This document shows, in pieces, positions 23,721 through 38,399 of a stretch of 64,000 nucleotides of DNA. The translations under genes were made by a program, and so were the position numbers. A model generated the notes under the pieces. The model saw only the letters and a program-made list of their open reading frames with translations, did no database searches and was not told the DNA's origin. This DNA comes from Octopus sinensis (lineage: Eukaryota), in the NCBI RefSeq assembly GCF_006345805.1, contig NC_043007.1, positions 49,290,001 to 49,354,000 of the forward strand. The letters are read 5' to 3'. Position 1 is the first letter of the stretch, and each line of letters opens with the position of its first letter.

Positions 23721-23859
23721 GCTCGCCGCCCTACTTTAGACATACATATTGATAAATAACAAGGAAGTAGTTAAAAAAAACAACTTAACTTATTACAGAA
23801 AGAAGTGAGCGCAATTTCACATACATTTATAAATGCAATACCTGGACACATCGTCAGAA

Positions 23860-24240
23860 TTTAGTTATGGGGTCACAAGTTGCTTCAGGTCTTACAACAT
23901 GCAACTTCAGCCAGGATACTTGACCTAGATTGAACAAGCCTAGGCTTGTGTTCAAGCAGCGTTTTCGAACTCAATCAGAGCTATCTAGATGCCTCAGCAG
24001 ATACTACGCTGTTCTTGGAGGCTCTTTTACGCATTCCTGTAATACCCACATGCTTGTAGGACCTACTGAAGGAGAGATCTATGAATCCTCGACTATCCAT
24101 CTCCCGTGGCACACACCTTGCCCTCCACCTATTCTTGGGATAGTCATCTCTAAATTATTGGTACGTAACCCCTCGCATCTCTTGCGCCTGAAATATCTTC
24201 TTTCCTCAAGACACAGTCAGTTCCAATAAGATGACCTCTT
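23860..24240 (-). mobile_element. 3' fragment of a HERO/NeSL-like RLE non-LTR retrotransposon
   Basis: The minus strand reads ELTVS*...YQ*...WRARCVPREMDSRGF...VGITG...AEASR*L*L, which resembles the C-terminus of HERO-type elements (ELTVPW...EVG.RGF...GITG...ASRWLW). Confidence 0.6.
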
Positions 24241-24593
24241 TCATAGCAAAAAGCAAATAATGATAAATTCAGTAAAGAAATCAACACTTATTGGGTGAGT
24301 AATAAATGAAAACTGAGGGAAATGAAATTCACACTAGAAAACCTAAAATACTAAGGAATATAAAGCAGAAACAAGTGTCAACATTAATTTGACATAAATT
24401 ATTGAAGAAAAAACGGAATAAAGCAGTGTTTCAGAAAATGTAATAGTTTTGATGAAAGGGAAATAATTAAAACATATTTATCGACGATGAGTACTTTTAC
24501 AACTTTTACAAAGTATGAATGGGGATTGGTTTTAAAAGAATCTATCAAGAAAAATAAAGACATTAAGGAAATTTATATATATACATATACATG

Positions 24594-24665
<72 letters not shown>

Positions 24666-24994
24666 CGTATTAAACCGGTGATTAGGTGTATAAAATTAGT
24701 ATAAGAGATAATTGATTGACAAAATCGGGAAACAAAACAGAAAGAGAACAATTCGCGTTGAAGACATTGTTAGAATGAGAATAAAAGTATTTATAAGACA
24801 CCCAAATTAAGGCCCTAAAATTAGAGAGGTAATTTTGTCCGGGGAGAGTGTAAAACCTAGGCGATAAAAAAAAAGACTCAAAGAAAAAGAAAGGTTGCAA
24901 ATCAAAATGCATTCATGCGAATATTATATATACATATACATATATACGTATATTACATATATATTACAGTCGAAGTACAACCAGCTTAAGAGGA

Positions 24995-25950
24995 AGCTTT
25001 AGTCAGATCCGTCTTCGAAACTAACCATCTCTCGAATTAGAAATAATTCTTAGAGCAGATAGTACTTTTCAGATTGTCCAGAATAAAAGATCGGGAAGAC
25101 CGCAGACATTGTCGTGTCCCGCAAAACGTGAACGGGTACTAGTAACTTATTGTCAGTATTCCAGAAAACCTGCGACAAGTGTAACTTGAATTAGAAATCT
25201 CATAATCAAGCGTCTTTCGCATTTGAAGCACTGCTATTGGAAAAGTTACATTCCAACCACAGTCCAATCTCACACTGAAAATGATTCCATCCGAAAAGTG
25301 GAGTTTTGCGAGTGGTGCTTGGCAAGACGTTCAGAAAATGCACACTTTCCAAGAAAGTTTAGAGTGATGAGACTACTTTTAAACCAAATAGTTCAATCAA
25401 CTGACACAACAACATGTACTGCAGACCTGAAAATTCACATATTTCGGAAGAAAATCATGTTAATTTACCGGGTGTTTACAGTATGGTAGGTTTTGTTCGC
25501 AAACTGGACCGTTATTTTTTTACTTGTCCTACTTACTTGAAACTGATGCAACACTCTGTTATATCAAGCATTCAAGAGGACTTCCAAAATTTGGAGCTTT
25601 ACTTCCAAGATGTGGTACTTCTCACAAGCACTAATATAGTAATCTAAAGGCCTACCTTCAGATTTTGCCACCGGACTTCACAACACTCGAATGTTTTATG
25701 GGGATAATAAAGTTTACTGTACAAAGTCGGCAACAGACGACGAATTGGCGGACACCTATAGAACGAGAATACCCTGAAATAACGAGTGAAACGTTCCTTG
25801 ATGTTTGCGACTCCATTTCTTGGGGCTAGACCAGAATAAATCAGTTTGAAATAGGCATACATCAAACAAATCGTTTCTATTACATTTTTTAAAAAAATGT
25901 ATTTTAATAAATACTGGTTTTATAAACATCAATAAGTGAATAAGTTTTAG
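24995..25950 (+). mobile_element. Highly decayed DD41D-like transposon related to 17391-18569
   Basis: Homologous stretches: aagatcgggaagacc, RKVEFCEW, aaaatcatgttaatttacc and LYFQD. TIRs not identified. Confidence 0.6.
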
Positions 25951-25962
25951 GGAAAACTTGTA

Positions 25963-26029
<67 letters not shown>

Positions 26030-26040
26030 ATATATATATA

Positions 26041-27316
26041 GGATCATCTGGTAAATAATGCGGCTTTTTCAATTGCATGAACTGAAAGTCGGAGGGGGAC
26101 GGGATAAACTACCTGCATCAACTTGTTATAAAAGCAGGTAGTAATTTTATCTTGTACTTATTCCTAATACAAGTTTTGAAGAGTTCAGTTCGGTTTTAAC
26201 AGTTATTTTTTCAAAGCTATAATGGAAGTGACAAAGGAGCATATTCGGCATATTTCGTTTTATGAATTCAATAAAGGCATCAACGCAATGGAAATTACGA
26301 GGAATATTAATGCATTTTATGGGGATCGGACAATAAGGGGTAGCCAGTGTCAATGATAATAAGGGCAAGCCAATGTCAATAGTAGTTCCGAGCCCAAACT
26401 ACAGCCTAGAAGGCGTGCCTCATCCTGGAAGATACGTAGAGCTCGAGGAGGACCTCCTGGAAACCCTTGTGGAACAAAATCTCATCGTAACTGTTGAGGA
26501 ACTAGCAGCAAAGCTTGGATTTGGTTATTCAAGCATTCATCGACAAAAACCAACAAATTTGGTCAAAGTGTTTCTCATAAACTTTCCGAGTCTAATCGTG
26601 CACAGAGAGTGAATGTGTGCAATTCTCTGCTGTCACATCTCACGAATGAACATTTTTTTGGACGAAATAGTAACTGATGACGAAACATGGGTTCTCTACT
26701 AAAATGTCAAGCGCCGAAGACAGTGGGTACGGAAAGGAGAAAGATCGGCACCCAGGCAAAAAAAGTCTTCACCCACGGAAAGTGTTATCTGTTTGGTAGG
26801 ATAAGTATGATTTAGTCTACTTGAAACTTTTAAACCCCAAACAAACGATAACAAAGACATCTACTGCGGGCAGTTTGAACGGCTTAAGTCAGCGATAGAA
26901 GAAAAACAACTGTCTATGATTCCAAACGAAAGGTATTATTCCATCAGGGTAATACTCGGCCACATACAGAGAAGATGGCATTCCAAAGGCTGGAGCAGTT
27001 TGAATGGGAAACGATGTCCCACCCACGATATTCGCAGGACATTGCCTCATCTGATTATCATTTATTCTGCAATCTTCAAAATCATTTGGATGGAAACAAT
27101 ATGACTTCTAAGGTAGAGGTTAGAACAGTATTGGAGGAGTATTTTTCGTCACGGACAAGTGAATTTTGGAAGAGGGTACTTTGCATGTCCAGCGAATAGA
27201 CGGAAGAACATTGTGGGAAATGAAGGAGAATATATTTTAGATTTTAAAAAATCTTTGTTTATCTAAATTTTGAAAAATAAAAGAAGTATAAACGCATTAT
27301 TTAAGTGATGACCCAA
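26041..27316 (+). mobile_element. Mariner (DD34D) transposon, degenerate
   Basis: Ends ggatcatctggtaaataatgcg / rc ttgggtcatcacttaaataatgcg, between (TA)n and (CA)n arrays. Motifs IRHISFYEFNKG, TVEELA, IVTDDETWV and HPRYSQDIASSDYHLF. Confidence 0.88.
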
Positions 27317-27366
27317 CACACACACATACACACACACACACACACACACAGACAGACACACACACA

Positions 27367-27424
<58 letters not shown>

Positions 27425-27616
27425 AGAACATAGGTGGAAAACAAGGTCGAAAAATAGTACTCGAATTCCAAAGGTTTAGTAATATGTTTTTTTAAAGCTG
27501 AAAATTATCAGAAAAACTATTACTCAGATTTTCACGTTCCTGTCATAACAACTGCCCGACGAACGAGAACGTGAAACTCTGAGTGACGGGTTTTGTGGTA
27601 AATTTGGAGATTTAAT

Positions 27617-27672
<56 letters not shown>

Positions 27673-27915
27673 ATGTGTGTATGTGTGTGTGTGTGTGTAT
27701 GGATGTGAATATATATACATATGTGTGTGGGAATGTTTACGAGTGTTTGTCTGTGTGTGCGTGCGTGAACATATATGTATGTGTCTCTGTATGTGTTGTG
27801 TGTGCGCGCGCGTGTGTATGTATATGGGAATAGATGATTTTTGTCATTACTTTTTGCTGTGAGCAACTATAAACATCTACCACAATTCTTTTGCTTTATT
27901 ATTAGTAATAGTATT

Positions 27916-28507
27916 GAGTGAGACAGCATCGCTCTCCATCAAAATGGTGCTGCGGTACAAATACATGAAGCCCAGTATACCCATCATGACTACCCGGCTG
28001 ATAAGGGTACACCAGGCACATGCATCACAACCACATGTGCACGACATGGTGATCTCATATCAAGATAAACAGCACATGACCTTGCAGGTGGGGCCCAGTT
28101 AGAATTTTCTTCTGGTTGAGTAACCCATCCTGCTCAAACGGTCCCTGAATAAGGGTCGTTTAAGGATGTTGAACGAAACACCCATGTTTCCAAAGGTGAA
28201 TTATTCAAACTCCAAAGAATTCCTCTCAGCACATGGCTATGATGCTCCCCCACTACTTCTGTTCGTGATCAGAGATGCACATATTGTCAGCCACTAAGGG
28301 ACATGCTCAACTGGTTAAGGTCAAACAACTGACAAGCAAATCTGTGGTATTGAGCAGAATATTTGCTGTAGCCCATCTTTTATACCAAGACAAAATAATG
28401 TACATGATAACACTTCCAATCAGTTAAGATCAGAAGCCATGAGAGCCACTGCCTGGTGCTACATCAGGGCAATGTACTGCATCAGGGCAAGGTACTGCAT
28501 CAGGGCA
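27916..28507. mobile_element. ~590-bp non-coding interspersed element embedded in (TTA)n; partial second copy at 45505-45651
   Basis: A TTA-like stretch precedes it and a long (TTA)n array follows. The first ~145 bp are homologous to 45505-45651, which also follows a TTA array. The terminal 18-bp motif (tactgcatcagggca) is triplicated. Confidence 0.7.
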
Positions 28508-28511
28508 ATTA

Positions 28512-28560
<49 letters not shown>

Positions 28561-28592
28561 GATTATTATTATTATTATTATTATTATTATTG

Positions 28593-28681
<89 letters not shown>

Positions 28682-28799
28682 TTTATATTTTTATTATTAT
28701 ATTGAAACTGCTCGTGGATTTCAGAGAGGAAGGACGTGTGTTCGTGAGCTGTAAGTTTTTGTTTAATTTTCACAGATAATATTGTTGCATCTGAAAATT

Positions 28800-31700
28800 T
28801 TTTACATCATTTTTATGGTCAGGCCGATTGGGCTCTTGCTAAGCTGAGTGGTTAGGCCGGGAGTCTTGGGGCGAATTTTCAATTTAAACTCTCCTCTTTT
28901 TTCATTTTTTTCAATTTTAAAATTTGTAAAAATGTCCTTGGAAAAGAGTGTTAACTCTTTCTTCCCTTCTGATTTCCCCCATTCTGCTGTCGGAAGACAA
29001 CCAAAAAGGTTTAAAGATTAATTTTCTCCGCCCACTCCACGCCTTAAAAGGCAGAGCGGGGGACGATCAAAGTCTTGCTAGCATGTGCAACGCTGAGTAA
29101 CAGAAGTAAAAAGAAGAAAAGAAACACGTGAAAGAAGAGGAAAAGAGCAAAGAACACCTGTGAATCCAAGCCCTCCCACTACCACCACTAACACTAACAC
29201 ATTGAACACTCAACAACAACAACAACAATAACAGCTCAGTGCATTAAATAGCCGAGGTTCTGCTGCAATGACAAAACCTAGAAATAATATTTCTGTAGAT
29301 TTTCTTAAAGACTACAGAAACATTTTAAAAAGAAAAAGCGAAATATGTGTTTCGATAAACGTACCTCAAGATATTATAGATAATCAAACGTACCATAGTG
29401 TACAAAACTATATCTTTAAAAAATAGACGTTTAGAAACTGTTACAAAGCAGTTGAAAAATGCTTGCAACCCATTTGGAAAGACGTAACATATCTGTCGAG
29501 GGGTAAGAAATATGGCACAATTGAACTCAGATTTGCTACAGAATACGTGGCAAACAGCACTCAACAGCTCCGCTGAGAAACAGTGAACTTGTTCTAGTTC
29601 CAACGTACTTGAACGGCGCGTCGCCAAGATAAAAATACTGGAGATACCACCAGAAATCAACGCTTACTGGATTGTCACAGCCGTTTTCCTCGTCTTGGAA
29701 GATAAAATCAGAATCATTAAAGTCGAGAAACAAGAAAAAAACAACTGGACTGGTCAGGCATTGCAAATAATGGTCCAAGACCTTTGGAACAAATTCCTGA
29801 CCAGATGGCACTATGCTGAACGTCGCAGTTGAGAGCAGAAGGCCAAGATCTTATCAATGCGGATAGAATAATCAACTTGAAAGCCTTCTGCCCACAACTA
29901 AAACATAAGGTGGGAATTACCTCCTTGACACAAGCACCACCGACACCACAGCAACTGAAGCAACCCCAACTACAGAAGCAAACCCCAACAGCAAAAGCAG
30001 CCCTAACAAGAGAAGAAACCTTAAGAAAATAAAGGAAGGGGGCTCCAGCAAAAACACTACGACGACGACGACCACCACCACCACCACCACGACCACCACC
30101 AACAACAACAACAACAACTACACGAGAGACAACGCCAACAATAATAGAAGCGCTGACAACACCACCACCACAGCGTCTACAAGAACACCAACAACCCCGC
30201 TTCGCCAGAGGAGCAAAAAACACCAGCAAATTTCGACTTACTGGAACTACCCCTTCCCAACTCTGACCACTCAGATATGTCGTGCGGAGAGGCCGACAGA
30301 ATTGAGTGGACAGAAGTCACATGTAAAAGACAAAGAAAAAGTCGCAACAGCACACTAATAAACAAAGAAGCTGTATCTCCCAAAACGCAATCAAAATCAC
30401 TCGAAAACAACACCACACCAACACCCATGCTTCCAACATATTCACCAATACCATCACCACCAAATCCACAGTCATAGCCAACAGTATAAGGAACAACAGG
30501 GTCAACACAAAAAGTAAGCGAAAACAACAAAAAAACATCACAAAATTCACTGCAATAAACACAGACAACACAAACTTACTATTAAACATAAAGAAATATA
30601 CAGACATCAAAATGACTGACTTTGTTTTCTCCCCGAATAACACACCGCCACCACACACACATACCTCGAGCATCGCAACATACATAGAGCAACATAAAAT
30701 CCAAATTTCCACAGGTGATTAGAGGTTTCAACACGAAAGTGTCCTGGAGACTCTATAAACCCCTGGTTATGGAGACCACCACATCCCACTTAAGGGGCGG
30801 GACATCTGCTCCGCTACCACCCCAGAGTGCTAATGGTAAGTAGTCCTCTCCTTTTTCTTCTTACCAGCCACTAAAATGGTCATACTCAAAATAGGTTGCA
30901 TAAACATATGTGGCCTGGGTCCCCTTGGAAACAAGGTTGCCTATTGAAAGACCTGAGGCCACGAGGAATAGATGTAATAGTCATTACTGGATCCAGACTA
31001 ACCGAACCGCGAGCTTTCGTGCCCATTTTCGATGACTACAAGATATATGCATCTCCGTGTCGGTGGAGAATGAGTGGTGGGGGTACTGCGGTATTGTTTC
31101 AGAAAGGTCTGGATGTTGAAATAACGTAAGTCTTATTGGACCCAGAAGGGAAGCCGATGGTCCTGGACGTGAAAGGGAGTGACGATGGGGCCTTCAGGCT
31201 GCTGGCTGTTTACGCACTGACAGGTGCAGGATAGCCGGAATGCTTCAGGCGTCTGGAGGGTCTTCCTGGGTTCGTCGCTACCTTTAGTGTTAATGGTTGA
31301 TTTCAATGCCATCTTAGATGCACAATTGGACTGTGTGATTCAAACAGATAGGAAAGGGGATTGCAAAAGCCTCGCAAACCTGCTCAGACAGTTTCAACTG
31401 TCCGACTGGATTTCCCGAGTGTGTCAATGTGGACATGGGAAAACCGCAGAGAATTTTGCAGGTCTTTAGACAGGGAGAGTATTAGATGTCAACAATTTCA
31501 AATCGTCGGCTACACAGATCACAAATGAGTAACCTGTAAGGTCGACTTAGATAGCATACGTAGACAGGGCCACGGCTACTGGAAGCTGAACGCGTCAATC
31601 TCAGCGTGCCAAGCTTACAGAGATAGGATTAAAGAGTTAGTTCAGAAAGCTTTGACAGGGACAATCATCAACAATAACTAGTAGTGTAGACCAAAAAGGG

Positions 31701-31884
31701 TCCATCAAAGTAGAATCAGTCAGATTTAGCAAAGTTTTAGCCGTAGAAAGAAATAGATTGGAGGATGATTTAGCGTAAAAGTTAGAAAAGGCGCTTAGGA
31801 AAGATATTGCAAATGACGTGTTGACACTTCAACGCCAAGCAAGAAAGTTGCATAGTCTGAGCCAAGGCACATGCTCTGAGACAA

Positions 31885-31885
<1 letters not shown>
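28800..31885 (+). mobile_element. L1/Tx1-clade LINE, 5' half (UTR, ORF1, ORF2 endonuclease), decayed
   Basis: ORF2 starts at ATG 30876: MVILKIGCINICGLG, ..IDVIVITGSRL, GGGTAVLF, LLAVYA, LVLMVDFNAILD and HGYWKLNAS (APE domain plus W-x-LN motif). A basic, Pro/Thr-rich ORF1 remnant lies upstream. Truncated before RT. Confidence 0.82.
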
Positions 31886-33376
<1,491 letters not shown>

Positions 33377-33470
33377 CGACTTGCCGCCCCGCCCCGAAGT
33401 TGCTGGCCTTGAGCAAAAATTTGAAATCATCATCATCATCATCACCATCATCATTATAATTATTTTTATT

Positions 33471-36400
33471 ACCTTTGCTCAGCTTCTAACGCTGGAGATA
33501 TACTATAGTGTCATCTGTTCACTACCAGTGAACTAAGGTAACACCTCTTATTTTTCGAGCACCTTCCGGAGTATTCGAGCGGTTTCAAGCAATGCTGTTT
33601 CCTGCAAGTGCTCCACCCTTATTGCATCCCCTATTTGTTCCACGTACTTCTCAAGATTGTTTTATTCACTGTTCCCAGAGCTCCGACAATTATTTGTACT
33701 ACTGCTACCTTTTTCATCGACCACAGCTGCTTAACTACCTGTCATATCTCTCGACTTCTCTTTCTTCCTTATCCCATACCTTGTTGTCAGCTGGTTATGC
33801 TATATTTATGATCCAGCATAGTTTGTTTTCTCTCTCAATTAAGACTATGTCCGCCTTCCTATTCTCTATCTCATGTTTGCAATGAATCATAAAATCCTAT
33901 AGGATCATTGCATGTCTATTTTCGGCGATGCCTTCAGGTTTGTGATCGTTCCAATTTTTTGGTCTGTCAAGTCCATACTTGTTGCAAAGTGTCCAAAGGA
34001 CAAGCCTTGCTATGTTGTCGTGGCGTCTCTTATATTCCTTCTGGGTTAGTGTCATACGGTTTCACCGTTTTGACACAGATTCTGCCCTTATCACTTTCTA
34101 CTGTGTTGTCTATTCTGTATTTTATGTAGTTTGTTCTTAGTTCTTGCTCTTGGGCAGCACAGATTAGAGCCTCCCTTTCCGGTTTGAAATCACTTTTAGT
34201 CATCCAGACATCTTTTTTCTCTGTCTGTCTTATCTTCAACATCCCTACGAAATTGACCATGCATTATTTTCTTTACCCACCTATTTTCAGTTTCATTCGT
34301 TTTCAATTTCTTGTATAGTGCTTTAACTTTGAAATCTTTCATCCTACAAAAATCTGACCTTACTTCTAATAATAACGGTTCTGTGGAATTTTTACATACC
34401 ATTCTATGTTGTTTTCTTCTGCTCTAATGCTGTGTTCGCTTCCAATAAGTCCTCTTCCTCCTCTTTTTCTTTGTACATACATTTTGTCAGTGCCACTTTT
34501 TGGGTAGAGTGACCCATGTCTAGATAGCAACTTCATTGTCTTTCTGCCTAAGCTGTTTAGTTCGTCTGCTGTCCATACGATTACTCCTGCTCCATATCTA
34601 AGGAGTGAAACCACCCAGGTGTTGATAGCTTCGATCTTATTCCGTCTGTTTAATTTCGACTTAAGGATCAGTCTCAGTCTGCGCAAGTACTCCACCTTAA
34701 ATGTTTCTGTCATTTTTTCTCCATCAATTTATCCATCTCCAAAATCTCCAAGTACTTATAGCCCGTCTCTTCTATCTGTTTCATAACCAACCCCGACGGT
34801 ATCGTTAGCCCGTCCATACATTTTATTTTGCCTCTCTTCAAGACTAAAACACCACACTTTCTCAGTCCGAACTCCATTTTGATATCAGCACTGAAGGTAT
34901 ACACCGTATCAACATAAAGTTTGAGGTCATCTATGAATAACAAATGGTTGACTTTTCATCGGTGGCTTTTGCTTTTATCAGAATCAGTGTTAGTAATATC
35001 AAGCACAGTACAAAGAACAGTGGGGACAGGGAATCCCCTTGGAAGATGCCATTCTTAATTTCTACTGTCCCTAAACTTCTTCCGTCCTCCAGGTCCGTCC
35101 TCCAATCGCCATACTTTTACCAAGCAATCGCTCAACATTCGATGCAATACCAAATAGGTTCATAAACTCCACAATCCAAGAATATGAGATCATATACGCT
35201 TTACGATAGTCGATCCATGACACGCAAGTTACTTTTCCTCCTCTTGTAGCATCTAAGTACAGTTTTGTCTATCAGGAGTTGATCCTTGGTACCTCTGCAC
35301 TTACGCTTGCAATCCTTCTGCTCATGTGGCAGGACTCCATTTTTTTCCAGATATTCGTACATTTACTCTGCCAGTATTCCAGTCAATAACTTCCACATAA
35401 GTGGCAAACAGAATATCGGCCTGTAATTGTCTACTGTATTACCTTTTTCAATATGTTTTTCTGGCACAGGTCTGTCCTACCCAATTCTAACCACTCTGAT
35501 GTTACTTGGTCGGCATTTAACAAGGTGTTGATTCGCGCAGCTATTCGTGCATGACATTCACCAAATCTTTTGATCCAGTAGCCTTGAACTCCATTTGGTC
35601 TCGGGGTCTTCTAGTTGCTCATTTTTTTTGCTTATTTCCTTCACTTCCCTAACTGAAATGACTAGATCTGCCTGTTTTGGACAGACTACTGTTTGTTTCA
35701 GTTCTTGCAACCATTCAGCATCCCTCTTCTGCTCCTTGTCTTTGCTCCAGATGTCACTCCAAAACCTTTGACTTTCAATGTTATCTGGTATCAACTTTCA
35801 TCTGTACGCTCTCCATTTATTTCTTTATAGAATCTCTTCTGACCTGCTCTGAATAACCTATTCTGGTGGTAACCCTTCATTCTTTGGTCATATCTAACCA
35901 TCTTTGCTCTCTTTGCAACGAAGCGCTGTTTCAGTTCCTCCTTTACAACTTTCAGGTCCATTCTTTCAATATTATACTTCCTTTCCAGTGCCCTGTATTT
36001 TTGTTCGCTTTTAAGCTCCCCTTTCTTTTTTCGGTCTAACACTGAGATTTCCTTCGACAGCATGTCTAACCCTGCCTGCATTCTTCTTTTCTAACATGCA
36101 TCTTTTTTTTTTTGTCACTCCCATTATGTCTCTTTTTCTTGACATCAACACCCACGTTTTCTGCTACAACAATACTCGCTGCCTTGATCAAATTATTTGT
36201 TTCTGTAATGTTGTTTGTTCTGATGTATTTCAGAACTTCATTGACATTTTTCGTTTCTTGGTTCAATTTCCATCGATCAACCTTTTTAAGGTTGCAAATA
36301 ACGTCGCAATCGTTCTCCTGTAGTCTTACCTTTATTCTGTCGTAGATTGCCTTTTATTCATCTGTCATGTCACTATTAGTTTTATTGTCTTCTTTTAGAT

Positions 36401-36960
36401 CATCTATATGACTCACATCAAGTAAACTACCACTGCTCCTTTCCTGTGCAATGGGATTACTTTTATTAGTAAGAACTGTATTTTCATTGTTATCTCTGCT
36501 GCTATTTTTCATGATCCGTCTTTTGATAGAATCGAGCTCTACTTCTGTGAACCAATATTTTTTTCTTGTTGCTCTAACTTGATCACACAGTCTCTGTTCT
36601 GTGAGTTGAAATAATCCCTTTTCTCTCCAATGATCATACATACGCTGTCGGTAACCCCTAATCTGAACACCATTTTCATCTACCGCGCTGCTCAGGTAGT
36701 AACACTCCATCACCACAGCATTAATTTGCTTGCTCCATCTACGCCGTGTGTGGTGGTCCCTTTCTGGATATCGACAGGCTGGAGCCGGACCAGAATCTCT
36801 GAACCTACCGGGTGTAACACTGTCACCATCATTGGCTTCAGTTTCATTACCACCGTTATTCAAAATATTTTGTTTTTTCATTGTTCCTCATGTGAGGTAG
36901 CGATTGTCAGGTTGCGCAATTACCAGTGTTTTTATTGACACCAACACTAGATGTATCATT
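33471..36960 (-). mobile_element. R4/Dong-like RLE LINE, near full length, decayed
   Basis: N-terminal RRRWSKQINAVVMECYY; RT LFIDDLKLY; thumb RRLRLILKSKLN..NKIEAINTW; the EALICAAQEQ motif, then a zinc knuckle and RLE remnant, and a 3' UTR abutting a TTA/TCA array. Confidence 0.9.
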
Positions 36961-37479
36961 AATCAGCCCATAGGAGGAGGAGGAGGAGGAGGCTCCACCC
37001 GTTTCCTTTCATTATTATTATCATCACTGATATTATTGATTCTATGTGTAGTTGTAGCATTGGTTGCAGCAACAGTAGCAGGGGCCTTGGTACTGGTAAG
37101 GGTGCTAGTTGGGCCTTATATTTCTGTGCTATCATAATAGTAGTAGTTGTAGTATTATTGTAGTGTTAGTAGTATTAGCAGCTGCTACATATTATCATTA
37201 TTTCTATTTTTGTCATTACCACCATCACCACCACTACCATTGTTGGGGGAGATAGTTGGGTAGCAGTTTGGTGAATAGATCATATCCTACAGGTGTATAA
37301 ATAAATTCGGCAGACGGTGGGGAGGTCAGCCATAGAGACAAAGGAATCTTCGCACCCTTTGAGTTAGCTGAGGTGAAATGTGTTTACTACTACCAGTGAC
37401 CTTACTACAACCATTGGCCTACTACCACTAGCAATTCAACCTGTTTATTTGTAATTGCTGGTAGAAAAAACAATAATAC

Positions 37480-37582
<103 letters not shown>

Positions 37583-37599
37583 CAGACACACACATATAT

Positions 37600-38150
37600 A
37601 CTGATATTCACGTCGTTGAACTTTTGAATTTCTGAATTCAATTGTGTTGTTGCAATAAAAGGTGTGTTTACGTATTTGGGTAATATATTAAAGTTTAAAA
37701 GTTTTCTTGAGATGTTCGTTTGTCTGTCCAGTTGGAGAATAGAGTAAGACATTTGCAATGAAAAAGATGTTTACATTTTCACATGTTCATTGAAAGTCAA
37801 AAAGAAAAGAAAACAAGTTGTAGATAGTAAAGTTTTAAGATTTACTAAATATGATCTTTTGCATGACCGCACAATGAGAAATGGTAGTGTTTTTAGAATA
37901 AAATGGAGCATGATGTTTACATTTTCGGATACTCAGGGAGAGAGGAAAGGATAAGTATTCACACAGTAATTGTAGATATTAAAGGTTGATTTTTTAAAGC
38001 TGTTTGTTTGTATGTTCGAATGTTGTGGGTATGTAAGTTTCCTAACTCATTATATTTTGAGGGAGATTTAAAATATTCACAGGAAATTGTAGATATTCCA
38101 ATCTTTGGGAATAGTAGGAGGTAGATATGTTCACCTTGTGGGATTTTTAA
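37600..38150 (-). mobile_element. Fragment of a Naiad-type Penelope-like element (partial tandem copy)
   Basis: Homologous to 39850-40050 (aattgtgttgttgcaataaaagg; tattttgagggagatttaaaatattcacag); peptide [15 protein letters not shown]. Confidence 0.55.
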
Positions 38151-38235
38151 ATTTCTGACTTTTTTTCTTTTGGAATTTTTCTTTTCTTTTTAATAGTTTT
38201 GCTGTGGTTTACAGGTTTTGCAGTTGTGCAATATA

Positions 38236-38315
<80 letters not shown>

Positions 38316-38328
38316 TAATAATAATAAC

Positions 38329-38392
<64 letters not shown>

Positions 38393-38399
38393 GAGAGCA

